54,189 bases of DNA, from assembly GCA_029259545.1 (NCBI GenBank), contig JAPHEE010000009.1:2575-56763 (forward strand). The letters run 5' to 3'. This DNA is from Candidatus Alkanophaga volatiphilum (GTDB lineage: Archaea > Halobacteriota > Syntropharchaeia > Alkanophagales > B39-G2). Made by a program: the position numbers and the translations under genes. Below are positions 9,593-18,374 of this stretch, in pieces. The notes under the pieces are model-generated. The model saw only the letters and a program-made list of their open reading frames with translations. It ran no database searches and had not been told where the DNA came from. How positions within the stretch are numbered: the first letter of the stretch is position 1; every line of letters starts with the position of its first letter.

Positions 9593-9798
9593 GCGCCCTC
9601 CGCCCTCGCTTAGCAAGGGGTTCCCGGGGAGGTTGGGAAGTGCGGTTTAAACGAACCGCTCCCCGCCGGGCGAGTCACCGCAGCCCGCCGCAGGACATAC
9701 CCACGTCCCAAACATTCAGAGTTAAATTAATACCTCTACCAGCCCCCCACCTTCCTAATTCATCCCCGCCTCAGGACGAGCATTCTTAGCGACCGAAG
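9593..9798 (-). mobile_element. non-autonomous IS200/IS605-type mini-element (family B, copy 1; right end degenerate)
   Basis: Reverse complement aligns with 38843-39057; preceded by TTTAC. Confidence 0.8.
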
Positions 9799-9859
9799 GT
9801 AAAAATTTATCGGTACCGCAAAAATATTAAAGGAACAAAGCTTAATTTCCTAATTAAAC

Positions 9860-11899
9860 ATGCTGAAAAGTGGTACTCACTACGCTTTAAATCATCTACC
9901 TGTTGCCGTTTTCACCGTGGATGCCGGCGGGCGGATAACATCGTGGAACGATATTGCGACGCTCATCACCGGCTTCGAAGCCGAAGATGTCGTGGGTGAG
10001 CTTTGTATATTCCTGAAAATATGTCCAGAATGTGAAAAAACGTGTGAGCTTCGCCGCTTGATCCGAGAGCCGGCGGCAGAGAGTGCTGGAGATAGGGAGA
10101 TTAAGTTCATCGCTAAGGACGGCTCTGAACGGTGGGCGCTTAAGAGTTTGCGCCCGCTGAGAGGCGAGGGCGGCAACGTGCTCGGCGCCGTCGAGTGCAT
10201 CGTTGACATAACGCCGCTAAAACGGCGTGAGGAGGAGCTTTACAGGCACGTTCGCCTTCTTGATAGCTTGTGCGTGTATGCGGGGCTTCTCGACGCCGAG
10301 GGTCGTTTGGTCTTCGCAAACGCCCCGCCGGTCGAGGGTCTCGGCTACGCCTACCACGAGGTCATAGGGCGTCGCTTCTGGGAGTGCGGCTGGTTCGCCG
10401 CAGATGCGGGCTTGGCGAGAAGGGTTAAGGACGGCGTCATGCGGGCGTTGCACGGCGAGACCGTCACCTTCGAGGCTGACGTCTTCGCAAAGGACGGCAG
10501 CAGGGTCCCGATAATCTTAAATATGAAGCCTCCCCGCACCGCTGAGATTGAGGCTCTTAAAGGCGTCGAGAAGATCGAAGGCGTGGTCGTCGAGGGCATT
10601 CTTATCAGAGACCTGAGAGCCGTCAGGCAGAGGCTGCGGGAGGTCGAGGAGCTTTACCGGGTGCTTGCAGAGAAGACGCCTGTGGGCGTCTATCTGCACA
10701 GAGGTGGACGCTTCGAGTATGTGAACGAGCGATGTACGGAGATGCTTGGGTATTCCAGAGAGGAGCTGCTAAACATGAACTTTTGGGAAACGTCGCTGGA
10801 AGAAGAACAGGACTTCGTGCGGGAAGTCGGCTTGAAAAGGCTCCGTGGCGAGCTCGACGCCACGTACGTGGAACACCGCCTCGTGCGCAAAGATGGTAAA
10901 GTCGTCTGGGTCGGCGCTTACTCTCAGAGAGTCGTGCTCGGCGGCAAGCCTGCAGTCCTCGGCACAATCATCGACATAACAGAGCGGAAAGAGGCGGAGC
11001 TCGCCCTTAAAGCTTCGGAGGAGAAGTTTAAAAGCATATTCAACTCTCAGATAGATGGAATAGTCATCTCCGACGAGAATGGCATCCTCCTAGACATCAA
11101 CGACCGAATAGTGGAAGTCACGGGCTTCGGTCGTGAGGAGTTCGTAGGCAAAAGCTTCTGGGAGCTGAAAGCGCTCACTGAGGAGAGCAAGAGGAAGGTC
11201 GCCGAGATGCTGCCACGCCGCATAAGAGGCGAGGAGTTCCCACCTTATGAGGTCGAACTCGTGACGAAGGACGGCAGGATCATTCCGTTCGAAATTCATG
11301 GCAGCCGGATCACCTACGACGGCAAGCCCGCAGCGCTTGCGGTCTTCAGAGACATCTCAGAGCGTAAGTCGGCAGAAGCCGCAATCAGAGAGGCAAAGGA
11401 GCGCTACGAGACGCTATTCGAGGAGAGCCCCGACGGGCTGGCAATCGTAGAGCCTGACAATACCATAAGCATGGCTAATAAGGAGTCTGCGAGGATGCTG
11501 GGCTACAGCAAGGAGGAAATCGTGGGCTCGCCGTGGATGAGGTTCGTGCCGAAGGAGGAGGCGGAACGCATCCTTGAGCATTACAGGAGGAAGAAGAGAG
11601 ACCCCTCCTACGAGCCGCCCACGCATTACGAGGTGACCTTGGTGCGCAAGGACGGCAGCCGCCTCATCGCCGACATGAAGATCATACAGGTGTTTGAGGG
11701 GAAGACGCTGCTCGCCCTCAGAGATATAACCGAGCGTAAGAAACTGGAAGAAGAGCTGAAAGAGCGGTTGGAAGAGCTCGAAAAGTTCTACAGGGTCACC
11801 GTCCACAGGGAGCTCAGGATGATAGAGCTTAAGAAGCGGATAAAGGAGCTTGAGGAGGAACTGAAGCTTTTGAAGGAGGGTGCGGAAAGCACAGCTTGA
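9860..11899 (+). CDS. five-PAS-domain sensor protein without kinase/output domain
   Basis: Repeated PAS/PAC units, several ending DITERK-like; C-terminal coiled coil; no HATPase_c boxes. Confidence 0.85.
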   Translation: MLKSGTHYALNHLPVAVFTVDAGGRITSWNDIATLITGFEAEDVVGELCIFLKICPECEKTCELRRLIREPAAESAGDREIKFIAKDGSERWALKSLRPLRGEGGNVLGAVECIVDITPLKRREEELYRHVRLLDSLCVYAGLLDAEGRLVFANAPPVEGLGYAYHEVIGRRFWECGWFAADAGLARRVKDGVMRALHGETVTFEADVFAKDGSRVPIILNMKPPRTAEIEALKGVEKIEGVVVEGILIRDLRAVRQRLREVEELYRVLAEKTPVGVYLHRGGRFEYVNERCTEMLGYSREELLNMNFWETSLEEEQDFVREVGLKRLRGELDATYVEHRLVRKDGKVVWVGAYSQRVVLGGKPAVLGTIIDITERKEAELALKASEEKFKSIFNSQIDGIVISDENGILLDINDRIVEVTGFGREEFVGKSFWELKALTEESKRKVAEMLPRRIRGEEFPPYEVELVTKDGRIIPFEIHGSRITYDGKPAALAVFRDISERKSAEAAIREAKERYETLFEESPDGLAIVEPDNTISMANKESARMLGYSKEEIVGSPWMRFVPKEEAERILEHYRRKKRDPSYEPPTHYEVTLVRKDGSRLIADMKIIQVFEGKTLLALRDITERKKLEEELKERLEELEKFYRVTVHRELRMIELKKRIKELEEELKLLKEGAESTA

Positions 11900-12015
11900 A
11901 CGATGCTGGTGTTTTCATTGTTCTTAAGATTTTGGTCGTATGGTCACACTACGTACTAACCGTAATAGGAAGTGTTCTAAAGGAAGGTGGTAGTGGTTAA
12001 GATCGGGGGTGGAGC

Positions 12016-12915
12016 TTGGGGACGCGGAAGAGTATTTCCGTGAGGATCACGGCTCTCGTCGTGGCGGTCATGCTCGTCTTGCTGCTGAGCATATCGCTCG
12101 CAGGCTATTTTGGCGTGAGGCGGAGCGTTTATGCAAAGCTGGAGGCGCAATCGCTTTCCATAGCTAACTGCTTGGTCTGCGTTTTCGGGGAGCGGGATCC
12201 GAAGTTGATGCAGAGAATCGCCGAGAGCGTGGGCGCCATGGAGGGCGTGCGTCGTGTCGCCGTCGTGGATGGCGACCTCAGAATACTCGCAGATAGCGAC
12301 GTTCGCAAGGTGGGCGGCGTCGTGGAGGCGGAAGTGGAGCCGTATCTCGCAGACGTGCTCGCCGAACGGGAGGTTAGAGTCGTGAGGTGCGACGACGAGA
12401 AGATGTACGTTTGCGTCCCGCTGCACGCTGATGCTCACAATGGCGCCGTCGTCGGTGCCGTCCTTGTAGAAATGGATTTAAGGCAGGCGAGCAGGGAGGC
12501 GCTTCTGCACTTCCTGCGCTGCTCGCTCCTGCACTCCTGTGCAGTAGTCGCCGTCGCCGTGCTCCTGCTCCTCGGCATCAGGCGTATGGTGATAGCGCCG
12601 GTGCGGCAGCTCTCGACGCTCCTCCGCCGAGCCTCCGCCGGCGACCTCGTCGAGGTCGGAAAGGACTTCGGCGAGGACGAGATAGGCGAGCTTTTCAGAG
12701 CTTTTGGCGAGATGACCGAGAACTTACGACGCCACCGTGAAGCTGCGGAGAGATCGCAGGCGGAGCTGCGTCGTGCGAACCGAGAGTTGGAGGAAAAATT
12801 GAAAGAGCTTGAGAAGTTCTACAGACTCACCGTGGGCAGGGAGCTTGAGATGATGAAGCTGAAAGAGAAAATAAAGATGCTGGAGGAGGAATTGAAAACG
12901 AGAAAAGCTGAGTGA
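12016..12915 (+). CDS. membrane sensor (2 TM + Cache-like + HAMP) without kinase domain
   Basis: Two hydrophobic segments, HAMP motif DEIGELFRAFGEMTENL, and the same C-terminal coiled coil as the upstream gene. Confidence 0.8.
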   Translation: MGTRKSISVRITALVVAVMLVLLLSISLAGYFGVRRSVYAKLEAQSLSIANCLVCVFGERDPKLMQRIAESVGAMEGVRRVAVVDGDLRILADSDVRKVGGVVEAEVEPYLADVLAEREVRVVRCDDEKMYVCVPLHADAHNGAVVGAVLVEMDLRQASREALLHFLRCSLLHSCAVVAVAVLLLLGIRRMVIAPVRQLSTLLRRASAGDLVEVGKDFGEDEIGELFRAFGEMTENLRRHREAAERSQAELRRANRELEEKLKELEKFYRLTVGRELEMMKLKEKIKMLEEELKTRKAE

Positions 12916-13137
12916 CCCTTCGAGAAGTCCACCCGTGCGGCACGTGCCGGCACGGCGTGCGTAGTGCGTAGCGTAGCCGCATCCGTCCCGATCGGGTCGG
13001 GCTGGTCGCCGTGCCGCTTGAGCCGTTCGGCTGGGAAGAGTGCCTTTGCTTGCAACGGCGTCTTCCAGCACGTATCGGTCTAAAGTCCGCCTCGCCGCCG
13101 GCTCGCCGCAGTCGCAACTTGGAACTACCGCTACGAA

Positions 13138-13671
13138 TCAGCGGTCTCGCCGCCGCTTGGCAGCCATGAATCCAAAGTCGTACATGAAGCGTTCCTGCGC
13201 CATGACGACCTCGACGCTGCTTTTCGCCCTTCTGTAGGCTTCGAGCATGTGCTCGTTCAGCTTGAAAAACGTATCGCCCCACTTGAACTTGCTCATTATA
13301 GCTCTTGCCCGTTCGACGTGACCGAGGATGAACAGCGCCGCCGCCAACGCCTCTGCGGAGCTCAGCATGAACGGCTTGCCGAAGTTCGTGGGGTTCGCCG
13401 CCAGTAAGAAAGGCAGCGCCCTCGCATTTCTACGCCGGAGAAATGCGGAAAACTCGTCAATACGCCGCCAAGAACAATCGAAAACGGTTATACTCCTCGC
13501 ATTTTTGTCCTCCTGCGAGAGCGCCTTATCTGAGAGGGGGCTCAGGAGCAGCGTGCTCTTCGGAATCTCCTTCAGCCGCCGCAGCGGCGTGACGACGCCG
13601 AGCCTTATGAGCTTCCGTGCGGTGCACCGCTTCACGTCGCACTGACCGGCTTCGTAGGCGTAAAGACGCAC
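13138..13671 (-). CDS. tsr3: 16S rRNA aminocarboxypropyltransferase Tsr3
   Basis: QCDVKRCTARKL, DCSW, RALPFLLAANPTNFGKP and FKWG motifs; GTG start inferred. Confidence 0.9.
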   Translation of the reverse strand: MRLYAYEAGQCDVKRCTARKLIRLGVVTPLRRLKEIPKSTLLLSPLSDKALSQEDKNARSITVFDCSWRRIDEFSAFLRRRNARALPFLLAANPTNFGKPFMLSSAEALAAALFILGHVERARAIMSKFKWGDTFFKLNEHMLEAYRRAKSSVEVVMAQERFMYDFGFMAAKRRRDR

Positions 13672-13734
13672 AGTTTTAAGTAGCAAGGAGCTCTTAAATC
13701 TTTTGCGGCAGGATGCCTGACGCACGGTGGAACG

Positions 13735-14349
13735 ATGCGAGTGCGAGCAGTTTTATTCGACCTCGACGGGGTGCTTGTGGACTCCAAGGATGCGTGGTAC
13801 GAGGCGTTCAACGACACGATAAAAAAGTTCGGTCTGCGGGGCATAAGCAAGGAGGAATTTGAGGAGAAGTACTGGGGACCCGACCTGCGGCATAACATCG
13901 ACGAATTGGGACTGAGCGAGGCAGCCGTGGAGTACTGCCTGAAGCGACAGCTCGAACTCATCGACAGAATGCGGCTCTTCCCCGATGTGAGGGGCGTGCT
14001 GGAGACCACACACCAAAAGTACAAGACGGGATTGGTCACAAACACCCCGAAGAGGAACACGCTGAAAATCATAGAGCATTTTCGCCTCGGAAAATACCTC
14101 GACGTCGTGGTCACCGGCGATGACGTCAGTCGAGGCAAGCCCGACCCCGAAATCATACTGAAGGCGTGCGCCGCCCTCGACGTCGACCCCGCCGAGACCG
14201 TGCTCATCGGCGACACCGAGAGCGATGTCGAGGCGGCGAGGCGTGCCGGCTGCTTCGTGATACTTAAAAGTGAAAACTTGGGCTCGAATGCTGGCGGCGT
14301 GCCCGTCGTGAGACGCCTGTCTGAAATTCTGGTGCTGTTGGAAAAGTAG
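13735..14349 (+). CDS. HAD-family phosphatase
   Basis: FDLDGVLVDS, VTN, KPDP and IGDTESD motifs. Confidence 0.9.
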   Translation: MRVRAVLFDLDGVLVDSKDAWYEAFNDTIKKFGLRGISKEEFEEKYWGPDLRHNIDELGLSEAAVEYCLKRQLELIDRMRLFPDVRGVLETTHQKYKTGLVTNTPKRNTLKIIEHFRLGKYLDVVVTGDDVSRGKPDPEIILKACAALDVDPAETVLIGDTESDVEAARRAGCFVILKSENLGSNAGGVPVVRRLSEILVLLEK

Positions 14350-15130
14350 CAGTCGAAGACGCCGCCCTTTCGTCGTCGTAGCCGGACGTGCCAGACCAGT
14401 CCGGTCTGCGGGTCGGCAGGCAGCCGAAGAAAAGCGTCCTCGGAAGTCGGAAGTCTGCACGCTTCAGCGTTTCTTCGCCGTAGCCGTCTTGGTTCCACGG
14501 GGGGTTTATCAGGACGGCGTCGAACCGCTTGAGCCGCCCGCCCTCGGTGAACCTCGGGTAGAGGAGGCTGTCGCCGAACTCGATGAACGGGTCGGGGATG
14601 CCGTGCGAAGAAGGTTCATCGCAGCCCGCCCCCGTCAACTACCACCGCCGGAGCGGCGGCTTGCGGTCCTCGGCGTGCGTCGCCGCACGCTTGGCGTGTT
14701 CGTCCTTTTCCCTCTGTCTCCGGCGGACGCACACCGATGAGGCGGTTGACCGCAACCCTCTCAATTAAAACTGATGGCACGCCGCCGGACCGCATGCGCG
14801 GCGCAGCCCGCCCCGTCCAGTCGGGCGAGGTTTTGACGGAGAGCTGATGCCTCGGTGGCGTGTGAGCCGCTTGGGGGAGTGTGAGCCACCTTGGTGGCGT
14901 GTGACCCTCGTTCAGCCCGCTAGCCTGCTCCGCCATGCTGCGTTGGCGAAACCAATGCGCTCGTGCGTCGCCGACGCCGCCGCCGGACGCCGCTGTGGCG
15001 GGAAAGCTCGACGAGCTCGGCAACCCTTAAGGTTTGAAAGCGGAGGGCTTCACGACTAAAAATCGAACTCTTCAAGCCTCCTGCGTCGAGTTTCACGGCG
15101 TCCCGCCGCCGCCCACCGCTCACCGCAGTT
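14350..15130 (-). pseudogene. heavily degraded type I R-M HsdM (N6-adenine methylase) remnant
   Basis: Legible GDSLLYPRF...FDAVLINPPWNQDGYGEETLK (NPPW motif); degenerate upstream HsdM-like segments; boundaries approximate. Confidence 0.65.
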
Positions 15131-15235
15131 CCCTCTAAACGCAGGCGGAGAGTTCGGCTTTCGCCGAGAGCTCGCCAAAGGCTTCATGCTTCGATATCCT
15201 TTCGTAGCGAGCAGCAGAGAAGAAGTACGGGAGAG

Positions 15236-15309
15236 TGGGTCCGGAGGGATTCGAACCCTCGACCGCCCGGTTATGAGCCGGGTGCTCTACCTGGCTAAGC
15301 TACGGACCC
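15236..15309 (-). tRNA. tRNA with CAT anticodon, most likely tRNA-Ile2
   Basis: GGGTCCGTAGCTTAGCCAGGTAGAGC start typical of archaeal Ile2; lacks initiator features. Confidence 0.85.
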
Positions 15310-15382
15310 GCTTTCATCCCTGTTAACATATCGTCAAGGCTATAAAAATAGTTCACGCCGCCACTTCCCATTTTTAAACCGC

Positions 15383-16186
15383 TTAGAATTCCTCATCAGG
15401 CATCTGCATCTTCCGCATCCAGACGCCTACGGCGCACCGTGCCCTGTCGGGGTCTTCGAAGCAGCGTTCGATATCATCGTCCTCCGGATTGCCGATGAAG
15501 GGGTTCACAGCGCCCCTCTCGATGTTCGCCACCCATACCAAGATGTCTTCGTCCAGCGGGAACTCCCTGAAAAACCGGATGAAGGGCAGCGGCGTCTTCT
15601 CCGTGGGGACGACGAAGACGGTTCTCTTCCCCCCCTCCAGCCCGCCCCGTGCCTTCAGCTCGCTTAGGAACGTGGGTATGTAGCACACCGTGGGGAGCAA
15701 GAAGAGCTTGAGGTGCGTGTACCGTTTCTCGGCACTCATCTCCACATGCTTGTCCTTCCGCTCGATTTCGGAGACTGTATATCCGGCTCTTTCGAGAAAG
15801 CTCTTCAAGACCTCGCTCATCTTATCCAAGGGCGTTCGCAGGAACGCCAGTCGCAGAAACGCCTTTTCGATCTCTTCGTGCATGAAGCGGTGCGACGGGG
15901 GGCAGTAGAAGATCTCGCCCTGATAGTTGATTTTGACGTGGAGGTCGGGCGAGAACACCGAGAGCTTCTCGTGCGTCGTTATGCTCTTGAATACCAGTTC
16001 GGGAAGACTACCCTCGAGCGCCGCCTCCAGCTCCGCACGTGTCTCGTCGCTGAGCCTTTCCACCTCCCTGTTTATCACGAACCAAAGCTCCTCCTCAGAT
16101 AAGACCTTGTGCTCTGAGATGTAGGCTGAGAGGTTGTTCAGGATTTGCAGCAGCGGCGCATTCCACGCCTCCTTCCTCTCGCTCAT
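15383..16186 (-). CDS. hypothetical protein
   Basis: 267-aa ORF with host-like codon usage, divergent from the aminotransferase; no motif recognised. Confidence 0.75.
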   Translation of the reverse strand: MSERKEAWNAPLLQILNNLSAYISEHKVLSEEELWFVINREVERLSDETRAELEAALEGSLPELVFKSITTHEKLSVFSPDLHVKINYQGEIFYCPPSHRFMHEEIEKAFLRLAFLRTPLDKMSEVLKSFLERAGYTVSEIERKDKHVEMSAEKRYTHLKLFLLPTVCYIPTFLSELKARGGLEGGKRTVFVVPTEKTPLPFIRFFREFPLDEDILVWVANIERGAVNPFIGNPEDDDIERCFEDPDRARCAVGVWMRKMQMPDEEF

Positions 16187-16218
16187 CTCTTTAATATTGG
16201 CTCTTCTTTATTAACTTG

Positions 16219-17337
16219 ATGCGCGCCGGACTCGCAAGTCGCATAAAAGCTATAGAGATTTCAGGAATACGAAGGGCGTTCGAGGCTGCCAGCGGCGAAT
16301 TCATAAACTTGGGGCTTGGTGAGCCGGACTTCGACACGCCTCAACACATAAAAGAGGCGGCGATCGCTGCCATAAAAGATGGCTTCACCAGCTACACTTT
16401 TGGGAAGGGTATAGAGGAGCTGAGGGAGGCGATAAGCGAGAAGTTGCGCGAGGAAAACGGCATCGACGTGACGAAGGATGAGATAATAGTCACTTCCGGC
16501 GCAAGCGAGGCGCTGCACATAGCGATCCACACGCTCGTCGAGCGCGGCGATGAGGTTCTAATTCCAGACCCCGGCTTCGTCTCTTACGCAAACCTCGTAA
16601 AACTCGCCGAAGGAGCGCCGGTGAGCGTGCCGCTGCGCAAAGAGGACATGACGATGGACGTCAATGCTGCAAGCGAGCTTATTTCGGAGCGAACGAAAGC
16701 CATTATTCTAAACTCACCCGCAAACCCCACCGGCGCTGTGTTAAGCAAAGAGGACGTGAGAGCATTTGCGGAGCTCGCTGAAGACCACAACCTGCTCATC
16801 ATTTCGGACGAAGTTTACGAGAAGATAATTTACGAGGGCGAACACGCCAGCCCTGCGAGCTTCTACGAGAACGTCGTGACCGTAAATGCTGTCTCTAAAA
16901 CGTATGCGATGACGGGCTGGCGTCTTGGTTATTTAGCGGCGCCTCGCAGCCTCGTGGAGGAAATGCTAAAGATCCATCAGTATATTCAGGCGTGCGCCTC
17001 TTCGATTTCACAAAAAGCAGCGCTCGCTGCACTCACCGGCCCGCAGGACTGCGTCGCCGCGATGGTTCGGGAATTCAGAAAGCGGCGGGATTTCGTCGTC
17101 GAAGCGTTGGAAAGGCTTGGGTTGGAGTTTGCAAAGCCGAAAGGGGCGTTCTACGTCTTTCCAGAGGTGGAGGACGAAGATGACTTCGTGGAAAGAATGA
17201 GACGAAGGGGCGTCATCGTGACCCCAGGCTCGGCATTTGGAAAATACGGGAAGAACCACGTCAGGATATCCTATGCTGCAAGCCTTGAAGACTTGAAAGA
17301 GGCGTTTGCGCGGATGGAAGACATTATTAATAGGTAG
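16219..17337 (+). CDS. PLP-dependent aminotransferase class I/II (aspartate aminotransferase-like)
   Basis: GEPDF, NSPANPTG, SDEVY and SKTYAMTGWRLG motifs. Confidence 0.95.
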   Translation: MRAGLASRIKAIEISGIRRAFEAASGEFINLGLGEPDFDTPQHIKEAAIAAIKDGFTSYTFGKGIEELREAISEKLREENGIDVTKDEIIVTSGASEALHIAIHTLVERGDEVLIPDPGFVSYANLVKLAEGAPVSVPLRKEDMTMDVNAASELISERTKAIILNSPANPTGAVLSKEDVRAFAELAEDHNLLIISDEVYEKIIYEGEHASPASFYENVVTVNAVSKTYAMTGWRLGYLAAPRSLVEEMLKIHQYIQACASSISQKAALAALTGPQDCVAAMVREFRKRRDFVVEALERLGLEFAKPKGAFYVFPEVEDEDDFVERMRRRGVIVTPGSAFGKYGKNHVRISYAASLEDLKEAFARMEDIINR

Positions 17338-17466
17338 AGACCTCTCCATTATTTTCCGAGCCCCACGGCATTGCTCCGTCCTTCATTCCACTTGGTATAT
17401 AATAGCCCAGTTGGTATTAAACTCCGTGATATTCAAGCAAAGATGGTACTGCAAGCGCTTGTTCAT

Positions 17467-17734
17467 AGCTGGGATAGGCGAGCCTCTCCCGACTGGAGGC
17501 GGAGCTTCTTTAAGCCTCTCCGCTCCGCCTTATAGCCCCGCTCCGGAGCCTCACGACGTTCGGGCTGCTCATCTCAGCCCCTGACCGGAGCTGAGAATTG
17601 AAGCGAGCTATACGGTGTGGGCAGGCGTCGTGACGCCGGAGGGGAGCGTAGCTTCGTGCCGCACGCTTTCCAACCTCCCTCTAACTCCCAATGCCTCCGG
17701 TGGAAGCCCTGCCTCCAGTTGGGGAAGAGGTCAC
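17467..17734 (+). mobile_element. non-autonomous IS200/IS605-type mini-element (related to family B)
   Basis: Follows TTCAT and ends gaagccc...GAGGTCAC. Removal restores the palindrome gcaagcgc-ttgttcatgagcat-gcgcttgc. Confidence 0.75.
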
Positions 17735-17960
17735 GAGCATGCGCTTGCGCGCTAACACTCGCGACATCTCAATTTTTCCTCTAACCCCTATCTTTTTCCA
17801 TCAATTCCGGTCAAAGTAGACGTTTAGCTTTCAAAACGCAGGAGATGACATGAACCCAGACATGCTCCGTCCCTTTCCCACCCTTATGCACCAAATACGT
17901 TATCACTTGTCCACTCTGGTAATGGCAGTGATTTTAAGTTACGGATCCAAAAAGAAATCG

Positions 17961-18374
17961 ATGCCAAAACGCCTTGTTATTAAGGACATAGAGAAGTGCG
18001 TGGGCTGTGGCGTGTGCATGTACGCATGCGCGAGGCGCAGCGCTAAGGACCCCGAAATAGGGATAGACCGCTCCGGCATACTGACGACCAGCTTGAGCGG
18101 CTTCGAGCGGGGCGCCACCGTCATCTTCTGCAGAGCTTGTGAGGAGCCGCCGTGCGTTCCGGTTTGTCCGACCGGCGCCCTGACGCCGAGAGCCGGCGGG
18201 GGCGTCTCCTACAAAGAGGACCTCTGCATCGCTTGCGGCAACTGCATAAAAGCGTGTAATATCGGCGCAATCTTCGAACGAAGCGACGGGAAGCCGGCGG
18301 TCTGCGTCCATTGTGGGTATTGCGCGAAGTTCTGCCCGCACGGCGTCCTCGCCTTCGAGGAGGTGCCGGCATGA
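17961..18374 (+). CDS. 4Fe-4S dicluster protein (AOR small subunit)
   Basis: Four Cys clusters (CVGCGVC, CRACEEPPC, CIACGNC, CVHCGYC); ATGA overlap with the AOR gene. Confidence 0.9.
   Translation: MPKRLVIKDIEKCVGCGVCMYACARRSAKDPEIGIDRSGILTTSLSGFERGATVIFCRACEEPPCVPVCPTGALTPRAGGGVSYKEDLCIACGNCIKACNIGAIFERSDGKPAVCVHCGYCAKFCPHGVLAFEEVPA

Noticed and set aside
12916-13137. GC-rich hairpins between convergent genes as an ncRNA
   Set aside because: Stems are present (ggcacggcg/cgccgtgcc), but there is no promoter, second copy or IS-type end; insufficient support.
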